A stretch of 64,000 nt of DNA, taken from a virus. Its lineage: Duplodnaviria; Caudoviricetes. The notes under the pieces were generated by a model. It worked only from the letters and a program-made list of their open reading frames with translations. It was not told where the DNA came from and did no database searches. The translations under genes were made by a program, and so were the position numbers. Every line of letters begins with the position of its first letter. The first letter of the stretch is position 1. The DNA is taken from positions 21,152 to 85,151 of the IMG/VR virus record IMGVR_UViG_3300011806_000001; one strand, given 5' to 3'. Below are positions 35,832-46,564 of the stretch, one piece after another.

Positions 35832-36288
35832 TATTGATGACCCGGTGAGCTGGAAGCTGGTGGAGTTCCTTGCTGGCCGTGTTCGCTTGATTACGAAAGC
35901 AGCCGGGTATCGAACGGACATCGGCCTGGGTGTCGTAATGACGGACGACTCTGACGTGCCCGAGGACTATGAGGGGCCCGCAACCATCGTTGAGGTGGAT
36001 CGCATCAGTGGCACCAGTTCGGGTCGCGCCCAGGCGTCCTCGGACGTTGGAGTCGTAATCGAGTTCAGCGTTCCGCGCGGAGGCGACCACGAGAATCCGC
36101 GCCGTCTGGTCCATTGCGCCAGGGCGGACCTTCGGAAAGCGCTGGTCTTCGATACCCGTGATCTGCCTAAGGGCGTCACCTCCTTCGAAGTGACCGAAGC
36201 AAACCTGACCACCGTCGGCGACGACAACGGCCACTCAAGTGTTGTCGCTCAGATCACCGCACGGGCCGGTCTGACCGAACTGTTCTAG
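35818..36288 (+). CDS. Tail terminator protein (putative)
   Basis: ITKAAGYRTDIG motif, upstream of the major tail gene. Confidence 0.65.
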   Translation: MSSPDIDDPVSWKLVEFLAGRVRLITKAAGYRTDIGLGVVMTDDSDVPEDYEGPATIVEVDRISGTSSGRAQASSDVGVVIEFSVPRGGDHENPRRLVHCARADLRKALVFDTRDLPKGVTSFEVTEANLTTVGDDNGHSSVVAQITARAGLTELF

Positions 36289-36316
36289 CCCGTGACCATT
36301 CCCTAGGAGACTCCAA

Positions 36317-37120
36317 ATGGCCCAACAGCCCAAGGTCCGTAAGTATGCAGGTGATCTGCGTTTCTATGAGATCGGCACCGGCGCCGATCGCATTCCGCTG
36401 ATCCCCGACCCCGACGATAGGTTCGGCAACAAGCCACTCGAACAGAGTTCGCTGACGTTCGGCTATGAGGCCGGCGACACGACCGAAGTCAAGAGCAAGC
36501 GCCGGGACGACCGCTATGGTCAGATCATCCACCGCGATGCCAATCCGGGTACCACGAACGTGACCATCGGCGCACTGGAAGTGCCGGTCGGTTTCTTGGC
36601 TCGCATGCTGTATGGCAGCGCAGTCACGACCACGGTTGCTGAAGGTGTCGAAACCGACCAGCCGGTGACGATTCATAGCAAGGATACGCCCGTCGATCTC
36701 GGGCACCGATTCGTGCTGGCTGTCCCGGCGCCGGTCGTGAAGAAGGGCAGTGCCACGCTGGAGAAGGACGTCGACTACACCATCGACAACCGCCAGGGCC
36801 TGTTGATTCCCAAGGCGGGCGGCGACATCGCGCACGGCGATGTGCTAACGCTGAGCTACAGCTACGACGGGTACCTGGAGACGGCGATCAACGGCGGTGC
36901 GGTCCCCAGCAAGTCCTTCATGATCCTGGGTGACGTGCAGGATCGTATCGGTGGCGATGAAGGCCTGCTGCGAATCCCGCAGGTTGACCTCACCGTGGAT
37001 GGCGACGTTGACTGGTTCAGTGATGAACCGATCCAGCTGACGCTGACCGGTCCGGCAGTGTTCCGCTCGGAAGAGTCCGCGCTGTACACCTTCAAGGTGT
37101 ACGAGCAGAAGGTCGGTTGA
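36317..37120 (+). CDS. Major tail (tube) protein
   Basis: Strong RBS, 267 aa, beta-rich with an inserted Ig-like segment. Confidence 0.8.
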   Translation: MAQQPKVRKYAGDLRFYEIGTGADRIPLIPDPDDRFGNKPLEQSSLTFGYEAGDTTEVKSKRRDDRYGQIIHRDANPGTTNVTIGALEVPVGFLARMLYGSAVTTTVAEGVETDQPVTIHSKDTPVDLGHRFVLAVPAPVVKKGSATLEKDVDYTIDNRQGLLIPKAGGDIAHGDVLTLSYSYDGYLETAINGGAVPSKSFMILGDVQDRIGGDEGLLRIPQVDLTVDGDVDWFSDEPIQLTLTGPAVFRSEESALYTFKVYEQKVG

Positions 37121-37148
37121 TGCGGCAGAGGGCTGCTCCCAGTCCTCC

Positions 37149-37186
37149 GTGGTCGGCGCCTGAGATGGCGCCGACCACCTTTGTGT
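37149..37186 (+). terminator. Hairpin/weak terminator after the major tail gene
   Basis: 12-bp stem GTGGTCGGCGCC / GGCGCCGACCAC followed by CTTTGTGT. Confidence 0.55.
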
Positions 37187-37200
37187 GGGGGTTCTGAGCT

Positions 37201-37809
37201 ATGGGTAGGTTCGCCAGTCTAGACCGACGCATGAATGCCGCTGCTTTGGCTCGCATTGCTGCCCAAGTGAACGGTGTAAGTGCTGCGGCGATCGCAAAGG
37301 CCGACGCTCGTTCAGCCATTTCTGTGCGACGGCGGTTCGAGCCGGCGGCAAAAAGGGCCCTTCGTGAGATTTACTACGTACGCGTCAGCGATCTGACCGG
37401 GCGCTTCACTGTGCGCACCGGTGCGGATGAAAACGGTGAGTACATCTCGCTGAATGCCTCGACAAAAAAGCTGCCGCTGTTCGGGTTCTTTGGTCACTGG
37501 GGCGGCCGAAAGACCGTCGGCGCAACCGCGCAGATCCAGAAGGGCGCACGCAAGGTTTACAAGTCGGCCTTCATTGCCAAGGTTGGTGGCCAGCGTCGCA
37601 TGGTCGTGCGTCAGTTCTCGCGTGACGCCACTGCGGCGTCCGGGCGTGATGGCCGCCGCAAGCTCTTGACTCTCACTGGTCCGAGCGCATTCCAGATGGT
37701 GATGGGCCAGGGCGATGTGGTCGCTAAACGCCTGGCTCGTGAAATGAACGCGTACCGCGGCAGCGAGCTCATTCGGCAGCTCAAACTTGCAAGGCAAAGG
37801 AAACGTTGA
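37201..37809 (+). CDS. Minor tail/neck protein (gpZ-like)
   Basis: Basic 202 aa; YKSAFIAK and LTGPS motifs. Confidence 0.65.
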   Translation: MGRFASLDRRMNAAALARIAAQVNGVSAAAIAKADARSAISVRRRFEPAAKRALREIYYVRVSDLTGRFTVRTGADENGEYISLNASTKKLPLFGFFGHWGGRKTVGATAQIQKGARKVYKSAFIAKVGGQRRMVVRQFSRDATAASGRDGRRKLLTLTGPSAFQMVMGQGDVVAKRLAREMNAYRGSELIRQLKLARQRKR

Positions 37810-40800
37810 TGGCGAACAATGCGGCATTCGAGGAAGCGCTGCGGCTGGTCCTTGAGACCAGCGGCACCGAGGGCGTGGACGAACTGCGCTTGGCGCTTGC
37901 TGAGATGGGCGTGGCCTCCGACGCTGCGGTTGCCGACACCGGGAAGCTGGTGGACAAGCTGGCCGAGCTCAACGCTACAGCCGAGAAAGCCGAAGCGTTC
38001 GACGGCTTGCTTGAGACCTTGGGTGACCTGGAGACGCGCTTTGATGCCAATCAGAAGGCGGCGTATCAGCTCTCTTTGCAGATCGCTGAAACGGCCGCCC
38101 CGTCAAAGGAGCTGCTCAATGCGCAGAGAAGCCTGCGTGCTGAGGGTGACAAGCTCAAGGAATCGCTGAACAAACAGTGGGAGGCCGCGGCAAAAGCTGA
38201 GGACAGCCTCAGCGACCTCGGGGTCAACACCACCCAGCTGGCCGCCAGCCAACAGCGCCTCCGCGAGGAAGCATCGAAGATCGCCTCGGCCTTTGCCGAT
38301 CAGGCCCGGGCCGCTGCCCAGGCTGCGGATGAAACGCGCCGGCGCAACCAGCAGATTCAGGAAGGCGACGACAGGTTCCGGGCGCAGGCCAAGGCCAGCA
38401 CCTCCGCCGCCGAATCGCTGAAAGCCTACCGCGAGCGCGCCGGCGAGGCAGCACGGGAGACGGCTGAGCTGGGTGCCTCGGCGTCCGTGACCACCAGCAT
38501 CCTCAACAAGCTCAAGGGCATTGCCGCGACCGCGCTGGGCTTCATCGGCTTTGGCAAGGTCGTTGATGGCATCAAGGACATCATCAAGGAAGGCAGCGAC
38601 GCGGAGCAGGAGCTCGGGCAGCTGGAGGCGGCTCTGGCCGCAACCGGCCGGCAGGGTGAATTCACCGCAGCCCAGCTTGCCCGGATGCGCAAGCAGCTGC
38701 AGGGTGGCCTGTTCGATGACGGCCAGATTTCAGCGGCTCAGGTTCGCCTGCTGTCCTATACCAACATCGTCGGCGAGCAGTTCCCGGCGGCCATGCAAAT
38801 CACCATCGACCAGGCCCAGCGCTTGGGGATGAGCCTGGAAGCCTCGGCGGAGGTGGTGGGCAAGGCCCTGCAGACGCCTTCCAAGGCGATGGAGTCGCTG
38901 AGCAAGCAGGGCTTCACTCTGGATGACAGCCAGAAGCAGCTGATCAAGCAGATGGAGGCCACCGGCCGAGTCGCAGAAGCTCAGGCGATCATCCTTGACC
39001 TGCTGACCGAGTCCTATGGTGGCGCAGCAGCAGCGGCCAAGGTGGGTACGATCGCCGGCCTGTGGAAGGAAGCCACCGAGCGGTTCAAGGACTGGAAGCA
39101 AGAGGTCGCCGACCAAGGTGTGCTGGCCTACTTCAAGGGTCAGCTGACCGACATGCTCGCCACGGTTGACCGGCTTGCCAAGGACGGCACGCTCACTCGC
39201 TGGGCAAAGCAGACCTCCGACGCGATCATCACCATGGCCGAGGCGGCCAAGGGCGCAACCACTTGGGTCGTGGAGCACGGCAGCGCGCTGGTGACGCTCG
39301 GCAGGGTGTATGCGACCTTCTCGATCATCAAGCTGATCGCGCAGTTCAACACCTGGCGCGTCACGCTGGCTGCGACCACACGCGCTCAGTGGGCCAACGC
39401 TGCCGCTATGGATGCGACCGGCAAGGGCGCAGTGACGCTCGGCAATGTGCTGAAGGCGATGCCGAAGGCTCTGCTGATCACGGTGGGGCTTGTGGGTCTG
39501 GAAGTGGCCCTGAAGGGTCTGCGTTCGATGGGCCAAGCTCTGGGTGAGGAGCTGGGTAAGAACAGCGCGGCCAGCAAGCATGCGGGCGAGGTCAGCCGGC
39601 AGCTGCGCGAGGTGATGTACCAGGAAGCCGTTGCGCGGAAGGAGGCGGCCAATTCGTTCATCGAGTACCGCGATACTGCGGTCAGGACGTCGGCCGAAGT
39701 TGCCGCGCTGGCTGATGCTGAGCGGCAGTCCTACAAGGACAGGCTGGACGGCCTGAAGGAATACCTGGCAGGGCAGCTCGGCTTCTTGGTCCGGATGGAG
39801 GCCTTGGGCATCGCGACCGACGACCAGCTCAAGCAGCTGGAACAGGTCAAGGTGCGGCTGCGGGAGGTCAATCAAGGCTACAAGGCATTGGCCGAGGGTG
39901 CTCGGGTGGCGGGTGATGCCCTCGCGAACGGCATCGGCCCGGGCGCCCAGCTTGTGCTGGAGCAGCTGCAGGGGATCGACTCGGACGCCAAGCTGGCGGC
40001 GACCTCAATCGGTAACCTGTTCCAAAGCCTCAACTACGCTGACAGTGCTTCGCTGGAGAACGTTGGCGTGGCGCTGGCTCATATGGCGGAGCAGGGCACG
40101 GTAGCCAGCCGGAACATTCGTGACGGGCTGCTGGACGCGCTCCAGCGGCTCTCGGGTGAGGAACTGCAGCGCTTCCAGATGGCGGCGCAGACGGCGTTTG
40201 AGGCGCTCCCTGGCGCGGCAATCAACGCGTCGGCCGTGCTGCAGCAGACGCTGGTGGCTGCATTGCAGAAGCTAGGCGTCACCGCCGAAAGCGTGGGGAT
40301 GAGTTTCGGTAAGACCGGGCGCGACGCGATCGCTGCGTTCGCCACGGTCACCGATAGCGCACTGTCCACCGGCGTGCAGATCGAGGCGGCGTTCAAGAGC
40401 GCCCTCGGCAACGTGTCCACCTTGGAAGAGGCCCGGACACTTGGCACTTTGCTGGAAGACGCGGGCAAGCGGGGAAAGACCGGCTTCGACCAGGCAGAGC
40501 GTTCGGCAGCGGCGCTGAATTCGCGCATCCGCGAAATCACCAATGCGATGAATCCGCTGAACGATGAGTTCGGCAAGCTGGGGATCCAGTCGCAGGCGTC
40601 TCTCAACGCGGCTCGCGACGCGGCGAAGGATGCCTTCGAGGCAATCCGTCGCGGTGCCTCTCAGGGTAAGGCCAGCATCGAAGATGTGCGCCGGGCCCTG
40701 CGCGCCTACAGCGATACCGCCCGCGCCTCGGTTGCCGACAGTGATGTTGCGGCAAGGCAGATGGTGGAAATGCAGCTGGCTCACCTGGATGCCATCTACC

Positions 40801-41564
40801 AGGTGAGCGATGGTCTGGATGACATGGGTCGCCGGGGTGGGGAGGCGACGCGCAAGGTGGCCGATGGTGCAGCTGGCGCAGCAAAGGAACTGGATGGTGT
40901 GGCGGCCTCGGCAAAGGGCGCCGCAGCTGCTACCGAGGCTGTAGCTGCCGCCGGCGGCAGCGCAGCCAGCAGTTTCGCGGAGGGAGCGTCCGCAGCTCAT
41001 GGATTCTCGCTCTCGATGGGCGAGGTCTCCGAAAAGACATGGGAGCTGCTGGGCACGCTGGGCGGGCCGAACTCGCTGCAGCAGTTCGCCAACATCTGGA
41101 ATGGTTTGTACGACCAGCGCCGCGAACTGGAGGCCTACAAGAAGGAACTGAACGGGACGCTGCAGGCATTCGACGATCTTTCCGGCAAGCGAAAGGAGCT
41201 GTCTGATCGTTTTGATCTTGTCGGGCCGGGTGAGCTGGAGAGCGTTCTTCAGGTCGAAAACCAGATCGAGAGCAAAAGGCTGGAACGTGACCAGGCGGCC
41301 AGGCGCGCTACGGAAGAGCGGTTGCGCGCCGCTGAGGCAGAGGCCAAGGCCCAAGCCGAGGCGGACGCCAAGCGTGTTGGCGACAACAAGGGGCAGGAGA
41401 TCTTGGTGATCGACTGGCGCGCGCCCAGCAAGAGCGTTGAGGCCAGTGCCAGCGCCGAGGCTCGCGCGCAGGCCGAGCAGATGGCGGCGCTGGTGGCGCC
41501 GTTGGTCCTGCAGAAGATCTCGCGCAGCAGGAGCGTTTCCGTGCGCGCTGGGGGTAACCGATGA
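37809..41564 (+). CDS. Tail tape measure protein
   Basis: About 1250 aa Ala-rich helical protein; GKALQTPSKAMESLSKQGF TMP motif. Confidence 0.9.
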   Translation: MANNAAFEEALRLVLETSGTEGVDELRLALAEMGVASDAAVADTGKLVDKLAELNATAEKAEAFDGLLETLGDLETRFDANQKAAYQLSLQIAETAAPSKELLNAQRSLRAEGDKLKESLNKQWEAAAKAEDSLSDLGVNTTQLAASQQRLREEASKIASAFADQARAAAQAADETRRRNQQIQEGDDRFRAQAKASTSAAESLKAYRERAGEAARETAELGASASVTTSILNKLKGIAATALGFIGFGKVVDGIKDIIKEGSDAEQELGQLEAALAATGRQGEFTAAQLARMRKQLQGGLFDDGQISAAQVRLLSYTNIVGEQFPAAMQITIDQAQRLGMSLEASAEVVGKALQTPSKAMESLSKQGFTLDDSQKQLIKQMEATGRVAEAQAIILDLLTESYGGAAAAAKVGTIAGLWKEATERFKDWKQEVADQGVLAYFKGQLTDMLATVDRLAKDGTLTRWAKQTSDAIITMAEAAKGATTWVVEHGSALVTLGRVYATFSIIKLIAQFNTWRVTLAATTRAQWANAAAMDATGKGAVTLGNVLKAMPKALLITVGLVGLEVALKGLRSMGQALGEELGKNSAASKHAGEVSRQLREVMYQEAVARKEAANSFIEYRDTAVRTSAEVAALADAERQSYKDRLDGLKEYLAGQLGFLVRMEALGIATDDQLKQLEQVKVRLREVNQGYKALAEGARVAGDALANGIGPGAQLVLEQLQGIDSDAKLAATSIGNLFQSLNYADSASLENVGVALAHMAEQGTVASRNIRDGLLDALQRLSGEELQRFQMAAQTAFEALPGAAINASAVLQQTLVAALQKLGVTAESVGMSFGKTGRDAIAAFATVTDSALSTGVQIEAAFKSALGNVSTLEEARTLGTLLEDAGKRGKTGFDQAERSAAALNSRIREITNAMNPLNDEFGKLGIQSQASLNAARDAAKDAFEAIRRGASQGKASIEDVRRALRAYSDTARASVADSDVAARQMVEMQLAHLDAIYQVSDGLDDMGRRGGEATRKVADGAAGAAKELDGVAASAKGAAAATEAVAAAGGSAASSFAEGASAAHGFSLSMGEVSEKTWELLGTLGGPNSLQQFANIWNGLYDQRRELEAYKKELNGTLQAFDDLSGKRKELSDRFDLVGPGELESVLQVENQIESKRLERDQAARRATEERLRAAEAEAKAQAEADAKRVGDNKGQEILVIDWRAPSKSVEASASAEARAQAEQMAALVAPLVLQKISRSRSVSVRAGGNR

Positions 41565-41977
41565 GCCGCATCTTGCTGGCAGGCATTGAACTGCCGGCCG
41601 ATCTGCAATGGACTGACGAATTCACCGGCTGGCGGGTGGGGCAGGCGGTGAAGACCAGTTTGACCGGTGCCCGGATCGTGCAGGAGTCAGCGCTCCAGGC
41701 CGGCCGCCCGATCACGCTGCAGACCCAGCGCGAGGGTGCCGCCTACATCGCACCGGTGACCTTGGCCATCCTTCGCGCCCTGCAGGCGAGCGAGGACCAA
41801 CCGCGCACTTCGCCGCTGGCCCTGCTGATGCCTGCTCACAACGGTGGCGACCGCTCGTTCCCGGTGGCCTGGCGGCGCACCGATGGCCCCGCCATCGAGG
41901 CCGATCCGATCCGATATGCCGTCCCCGCTTTGGACGGCGACTACTTCTCCATCACCCTTCGACTCATGACGGTGTAA
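41561..41977 (+). CDS. Distal tail protein (putative)
   Basis: LPADLQWTDEF...GRPITL, right after the TMP. Confidence 0.7.
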   Translation: MSRILLAGIELPADLQWTDEFTGWRVGQAVKTSLTGARIVQESALQAGRPITLQTQREGAAYIAPVTLAILRALQASEDQPRTSPLALLMPAHNGGDRSFPVAWRRTDGPAIEADPIRYAVPALDGDYFSITLRLMTV

Positions 41978-41980
41978 CCG

Positions 41981-44900
41981 ATGACGATCTCCGCAACAGA
42001 CATCAAGATGCGCCAGTCCCAGCGCCTGACCGACAACCCGGATGGCGGCGGGCGGATGGTGCAGACCGAGATCGTGGACGGGCAGATGAACAACCTGTTC
42101 CCCGATATCGGCGATGAAGAACGCACCACGGGCCGCGCCACCCTGCGCAAGCTGTTCGTGCACGTGGACACCCCGACCACCGACGTCCTCAAGGATGCGA
42201 TCGGTGTGCTGGTGGACCCGCCGGCTGATCCGCGTGTCCAGGTGAGCATGTTCGCCACCGGTAGCTACAGTGACGTGCGCGCAGCCGCGCGCAATCGCGT
42301 GGAGAGCTACATAACGCGAGGCGTCGAGTCGCGCTACATCCTGCTGAGCAACCACTTCATCGGCCAGATGACGGTTCAGTTCTACTGCATGAAGGATGCA
42401 TCGAGCCCTGACATCAACGACAACCTGTGCCTCACCACTACCGGTTCCGGGTACAGCCCGAATGAGCAGTACATCCGGGTGAAGGGCATTCTCTCGCGTA
42501 CGACCCGTACGTTCTATGACGACACCGGCGCCTTCGAGCGCGACGTGATCGTGATTGAAACGGTCAACGCGCTGATCTATGACTTCTTCGGTCAGGAAGT
42601 CTCGCGCTACACGAGCACCAAGCCGCCGACGCGGATCTACGACACGAACGTGGTCGAAGCGACCAGCTATCACAGCGTCAAGCGGCTCACCGCAGCCGCC
42701 AAGCCTGGTGATCTTGCCGTGCAGGTGGATACCCCGTATGTGACCATCGTCCCCACGTCGACCGCTGAGACGGCCGTCAGCGACGTACTGGCAGGCTTGG
42801 GTACGATCAGCTACGTCCCATCGGGCGCGGCCGGGTCGCTCGGGCTTTCATTCTCTGCCGCGTTTCCGGCTGGTGTGCCTGCCGCTCGGTTCCTTGGGAA
42901 CCCGTTGGCGGTCGGCTCGGTCAAGGTGCTGGCCGGCAGCGTGGAGCTGACCGATAACGGCACCGGTGGCTTGGTTTCGACCGTTTCCTCGCCCTGGTCC
43001 GGTTCGGTGGACTACCTGTCTGGCTCTGTCGCCTTGGCAAATGCCAACGGAGTGGGATCGACCGCGGTCACCGTTACCGCCACGCCGGCGGGTGCGATCA
43101 TGGAGCAGGGATTCTCCGATGAGATCGCAGTCACCCAGAACAACCAAGGCTACAACTGGCTGTTCCAGATCGGGCCGTTGCCGGCGCCGGGCACAGTGGT
43201 TGTGGACTACCGCGCCTTGGGTAAGTGGATTCGGTTAAGCGACAACGGGCGCGGCCAGTTGACGGGCAAGCCGGGGCAGGGCAGCGGTACGGTCAGTTAC
43301 GCCACCGGCGCTGTCGTGCTGACGGCTGGCGCACTCCCGGATCTCGGTAGCAGCGTAATTGTGAGCTGGGGCACGCCAATCCTTGCCGAGGCCCGGACAG
43401 GCGATATCGCAATTGCGCCCCCCGCTCTGCACTTCATGCTGGGCCAGTCCGGTGTCGTGCCGGGTACTGCCGCGTTTACAATGCGTGCAAGCGGTGTTGA
43501 CGTTGTGGTATCGGACAATGGCGCGGGTGCGTTGTTGATTGGCGGCGTCGTGCGGGGGTCCATCGGGTACACCACCGGTGAGGTGATGATCCGCCCGGTA
43601 ACGCTGCCTGACGCGGATAGTCGGCTTGCTTGCTCCTATGAGTACGGGCAGGCGCTAAGTGGCACAGCGCAGCCAGTCCCTGATGGATCCGGTGTCGTCG
43701 CTTTCCTCGTGCCCGCCGGTCCCGTTCGTGCTGGTTCGCTGGCAGTGGACTGGATGATCTCAGTGGATGCCGGCTCGGACGGCATGCCGAGCACGCCGCA
43801 CACGATGCGGGTGCTCGCCAAAGACGATGGTGCGGGGAACATCGTTGCAACCTCCGTCGGCGGTCAAGCGGCCTCCAACCTGCTTGGCTCGATCAACTAC
43901 ACAACCGGTGCGATAAACCTGCAGGCAGGCCGCTTCACGGTTCACCAGGTGTCGATCCCGACCTATGCCCGGGTGGATGGCCGGTGGAAGGTAAACGGAT
44001 ACGTCCGTCAGGACGTCGAGGCTAAGTTCTCGGCCGGCACGCTGATCTCCATGGGGTGGATGGTCGCAGGCGCTGCGCAGACCGCTGCCGACGAAACCTT
44101 GGCTCTGCCGCCGCTTCAGTTGCTGCTGACCCCGACCATTAGCGATTCAATCGTCCCGGGAAGCGTGCGATTCGCTTTCAAAGGCCGGACCTACGTCGAC
44201 CGCAACGGCGGCCTGTACCACTCAATCGATACTGTGTCGGGCGCTGGCACTTATGCAGGATCCATCGATTACGCCGCGGGGGCGGCCAACCTGACGCAAT
44301 GGGTTCCAGGCGGAAGCAACACCGTCCAGATCCAGTCGCTACTCACCCGCATCGCTGACCCCGGCACGGCTGCGGTGTTCTTCCGCACGCCGGGGTCGCC
44401 ACTGCGCCCTGGCAATTTCACCCTCCGGGCGGTGACGTTGGATGGCATCCAGTTGAGCGTCTCGGCCGACATCAACGGCAACCTCGCCAGCTCGATGGTG
44501 CGGGGCATCGTTGACTGGGAGACCGGCGTGGTCAAGGTCCAGTTCGGTCAGATGGTACTGGCGGCTGGAAACGAAGGAGAGCCTTGGTATGACCCCGGCG
44601 CGGTGATCGGAAACCAAGTTTGGAAGCCAACGCTGGTGCTGCCTGGCTCCATCTACATCGGTGCCGTCGTATTCCGCTCGATCCCTCTGTCGGCGGTGGT
44701 TATCGGTCTGGAGTCCGTTCGGTTGCCCAGTGACGGCCGGGTGCCGGCGTTCAAGGCGGGACAGACGGTGCTGATCCATCACACTGCCAAGCATAGCGTC
44801 GCGTCGCCGTCGGCTGGCCAGACGGTCGACTTTGGGCGAGGGCGGGTCTCTCAGATCGAGGTGCGCGACAGCGCCAACAAGGCTGTGGAAAGCATCTGGT

Positions 44901-45583
44901 ACACCGCTGATCTGGATGCAGGGACGTTTGAGTTCAGCGATCCCTTGAACCTGTCGGCATACACCCTGCCCATTGTGATCAGTGAGCGTGTCGAAGATCG
45001 CAGGCTGGTGGTTCAGCCGCAGATCACTGGCGAGATCGAGATCAATACCGGACTCACCCACGACTATCCGGTTGGCGAGGCGATGGTCAGCACGGCATTG
45101 CGTTTGGGTGAAGCCAACGGGTCTCTCGACCTGCAGGCTCGGGTTGAGAACCTCTTCGACCAAGCGGCCTGGGGGAACGTCTGGAGCGACCTGCTCATCG
45201 GAAGCGCTGCGCCCGGGACCTATAACGACACGGATTTTCCGCTCATCGTCACCAACGCGAACGCTATCACCGAACGGTGGGCGGTGCGTTTCACGTCTGC
45301 AACCCAGTTTGAGGTGATCGGGGAGACAGTCGGAACCATCACCACGGGCAATACCACCACCGACATCGCGCCGATCAACCCGCGCACCGATCAACCTTAC
45401 TTCACGTTACGCCGCCAAGGCTGGGGTACTGGCTGGTCGGTGAACAACGTGGTCCGTTTCAACACGATCGGCGGATTGGCACCCATCTGGATGGTGCGAA
45501 CTACGCTTCCAGGCGCGCCCGAGGGCACGGTTGATTCGACGAGGCTTCAGGTCATCGGCAATATTGCAGGAGTTGCACAATGA
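41981..45583 (+). CDS. Large tail-tip/baseplate protein (1200 aa) with repeated beta-modules
   Basis: DGGGRM...NNLFPDI N-terminus; six G-x-[IV]-x-[YW]-x-[TSA]-G repeats. Confidence 0.8.
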   Translation: MTISATDIKMRQSQRLTDNPDGGGRMVQTEIVDGQMNNLFPDIGDEERTTGRATLRKLFVHVDTPTTDVLKDAIGVLVDPPADPRVQVSMFATGSYSDVRAAARNRVESYITRGVESRYILLSNHFIGQMTVQFYCMKDASSPDINDNLCLTTTGSGYSPNEQYIRVKGILSRTTRTFYDDTGAFERDVIVIETVNALIYDFFGQEVSRYTSTKPPTRIYDTNVVEATSYHSVKRLTAAAKPGDLAVQVDTPYVTIVPTSTAETAVSDVLAGLGTISYVPSGAAGSLGLSFSAAFPAGVPAARFLGNPLAVGSVKVLAGSVELTDNGTGGLVSTVSSPWSGSVDYLSGSVALANANGVGSTAVTVTATPAGAIMEQGFSDEIAVTQNNQGYNWLFQIGPLPAPGTVVVDYRALGKWIRLSDNGRGQLTGKPGQGSGTVSYATGAVVLTAGALPDLGSSVIVSWGTPILAEARTGDIAIAPPALHFMLGQSGVVPGTAAFTMRASGVDVVVSDNGAGALLIGGVVRGSIGYTTGEVMIRPVTLPDADSRLACSYEYGQALSGTAQPVPDGSGVVAFLVPAGPVRAGSLAVDWMISVDAGSDGMPSTPHTMRVLAKDDGAGNIVATSVGGQAASNLLGSINYTTGAINLQAGRFTVHQVSIPTYARVDGRWKVNGYVRQDVEAKFSAGTLISMGWMVAGAAQTAADETLALPPLQLLLTPTISDSIVPGSVRFAFKGRTYVDRNGGLYHSIDTVSGAGTYAGSIDYAAGAANLTQWVPGGSNTVQIQSLLTRIADPGTAAVFFRTPGSPLRPGNFTLRAVTLDGIQLSVSADINGNLASSMVRGIVDWETGVVKVQFGQMVLAAGNEGEPWYDPGAVIGNQVWKPTLVLPGSIYIGAVVFRSIPLSAVVIGLESVRLPSDGRVPAFKAGQTVLIHHTAKHSVASPSAGQTVDFGRGRVSQIEVRDSANKAVESIWYTADLDAGTFEFSDPLNLSAYTLPIVISERVEDRRLVVQPQITGEIEINTGLTHDYPVGEAMVSTALRLGEANGSLDLQARVENLFDQAAWGNVWSDLLIGSAAPGTYNDTDFPLIVTNANAITERWAVRFTSATQFEVIGETVGTITTGNTTTDIAPINPRTDQPYFTLRRQGWGTGWSVNNVVRFNTIGGLAPIWMVRTTLPGAPEGTVDSTRLQVIGNIAGVAQ

Positions 45584-46560
45584 GCTTGACCCCAACTATC
45601 TACAGCAGTTCCGACGCGGGTGCGCCTGCGTTGTCTGGCCAAGCGGGAGCGCTGGCCGCATTGCTCGATGCCATTCTCGTTGACGGGTACGGTGCAGGGC
45701 AGAGCGCAAAGGCTCCCCTCGGTTGGACTCGTGAGTATCAGCAGGGCGGCACGCTGCGCGTGTATCGCAACAGTCCGGATACCGGAACCGGGCACTACGT
45801 GCGGATCGATGACTCGCGCCCGATCTACGCGACGGTTATCGGTTACGAGCTGATGACGAATATCGGCAGCGGAAGCGGCCAGTTTCCCCTTGCCAGTCAG
45901 CGTGCAGATGGCATCGCATGGGGCAAATCGAATGCTGCCAGTGGAGACTCGCGCGCGTGGTGGGCCATCGGGAATGAGTTTTGCTTTTACCTATTCATCG
46001 ATACTCATAACGCTGGTATTGAGCAGGCTCCTGCGGTGAACTTTGCTGGGAACTTCGTACGCTCCAACGTTGCCGATGGATGGAATTTTGCAATATCCGA
46101 TAGCGGAGCAACCAGCATCGCTGCGGGGGCTTACCAATCAATGCGGCTACTTTTTCTGCGGACGATTGTGGACTCCAATGCTATTGGTACGTCGACTTTG
46201 GTAATCGCAAGGGCCCAAGATGGTGGGCAATCGGTGTTGGGGGCATGTGCCAATGGAGGCCCGGTGATCCAGTCGTACGCAGGTTGGCAGGGCTTGTCGA
46301 CCAGCGGGTTCCCGTATCCGGAGCCTGTTTCCGGCTCCTTACTCTATTGTCGAATCGCTGTGCTGCAGGGACCTCTACAAATTCGCGGCTTTTTGCCGGG
46401 GGTCTTTCAGTCCATGCATCACGCCGGAATTGCCGATATGCAGAGAATCGAAGACGTAGATGGGCTGCCTGATGGAACGACACTGCTCTGCAAAGTGGCG
46501 CGGGCAGGCGGTGCGACGCAATACCCGCGTGTGCTGTTCGATCTGACCAATCCGTGGTGA
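45580..46560 (+). CDS. Tail-associated protein, possible receptor-binding component
   Basis: SSDAGAPALSG...ALLDAILVDGYG N-terminus; divergent codon use. Confidence 0.65.
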   Translation: MSLTPTIYSSSDAGAPALSGQAGALAALLDAILVDGYGAGQSAKAPLGWTREYQQGGTLRVYRNSPDTGTGHYVRIDDSRPIYATVIGYELMTNIGSGSGQFPLASQRADGIAWGKSNAASGDSRAWWAIGNEFCFYLFIDTHNAGIEQAPAVNFAGNFVRSNVADGWNFAISDSGATSIAAGAYQSMRLLFLRTIVDSNAIGTSTLVIARAQDGGQSVLGACANGGPVIQSYAGWQGLSTSGFPYPEPVSGSLLYCRIAVLQGPLQIRGFLPGVFQSMHHAGIADMQRIEDVDGLPDGTTLLCKVARAGGATQYPRVLFDLTNPW

Positions 46561-46564
46561 TCCT

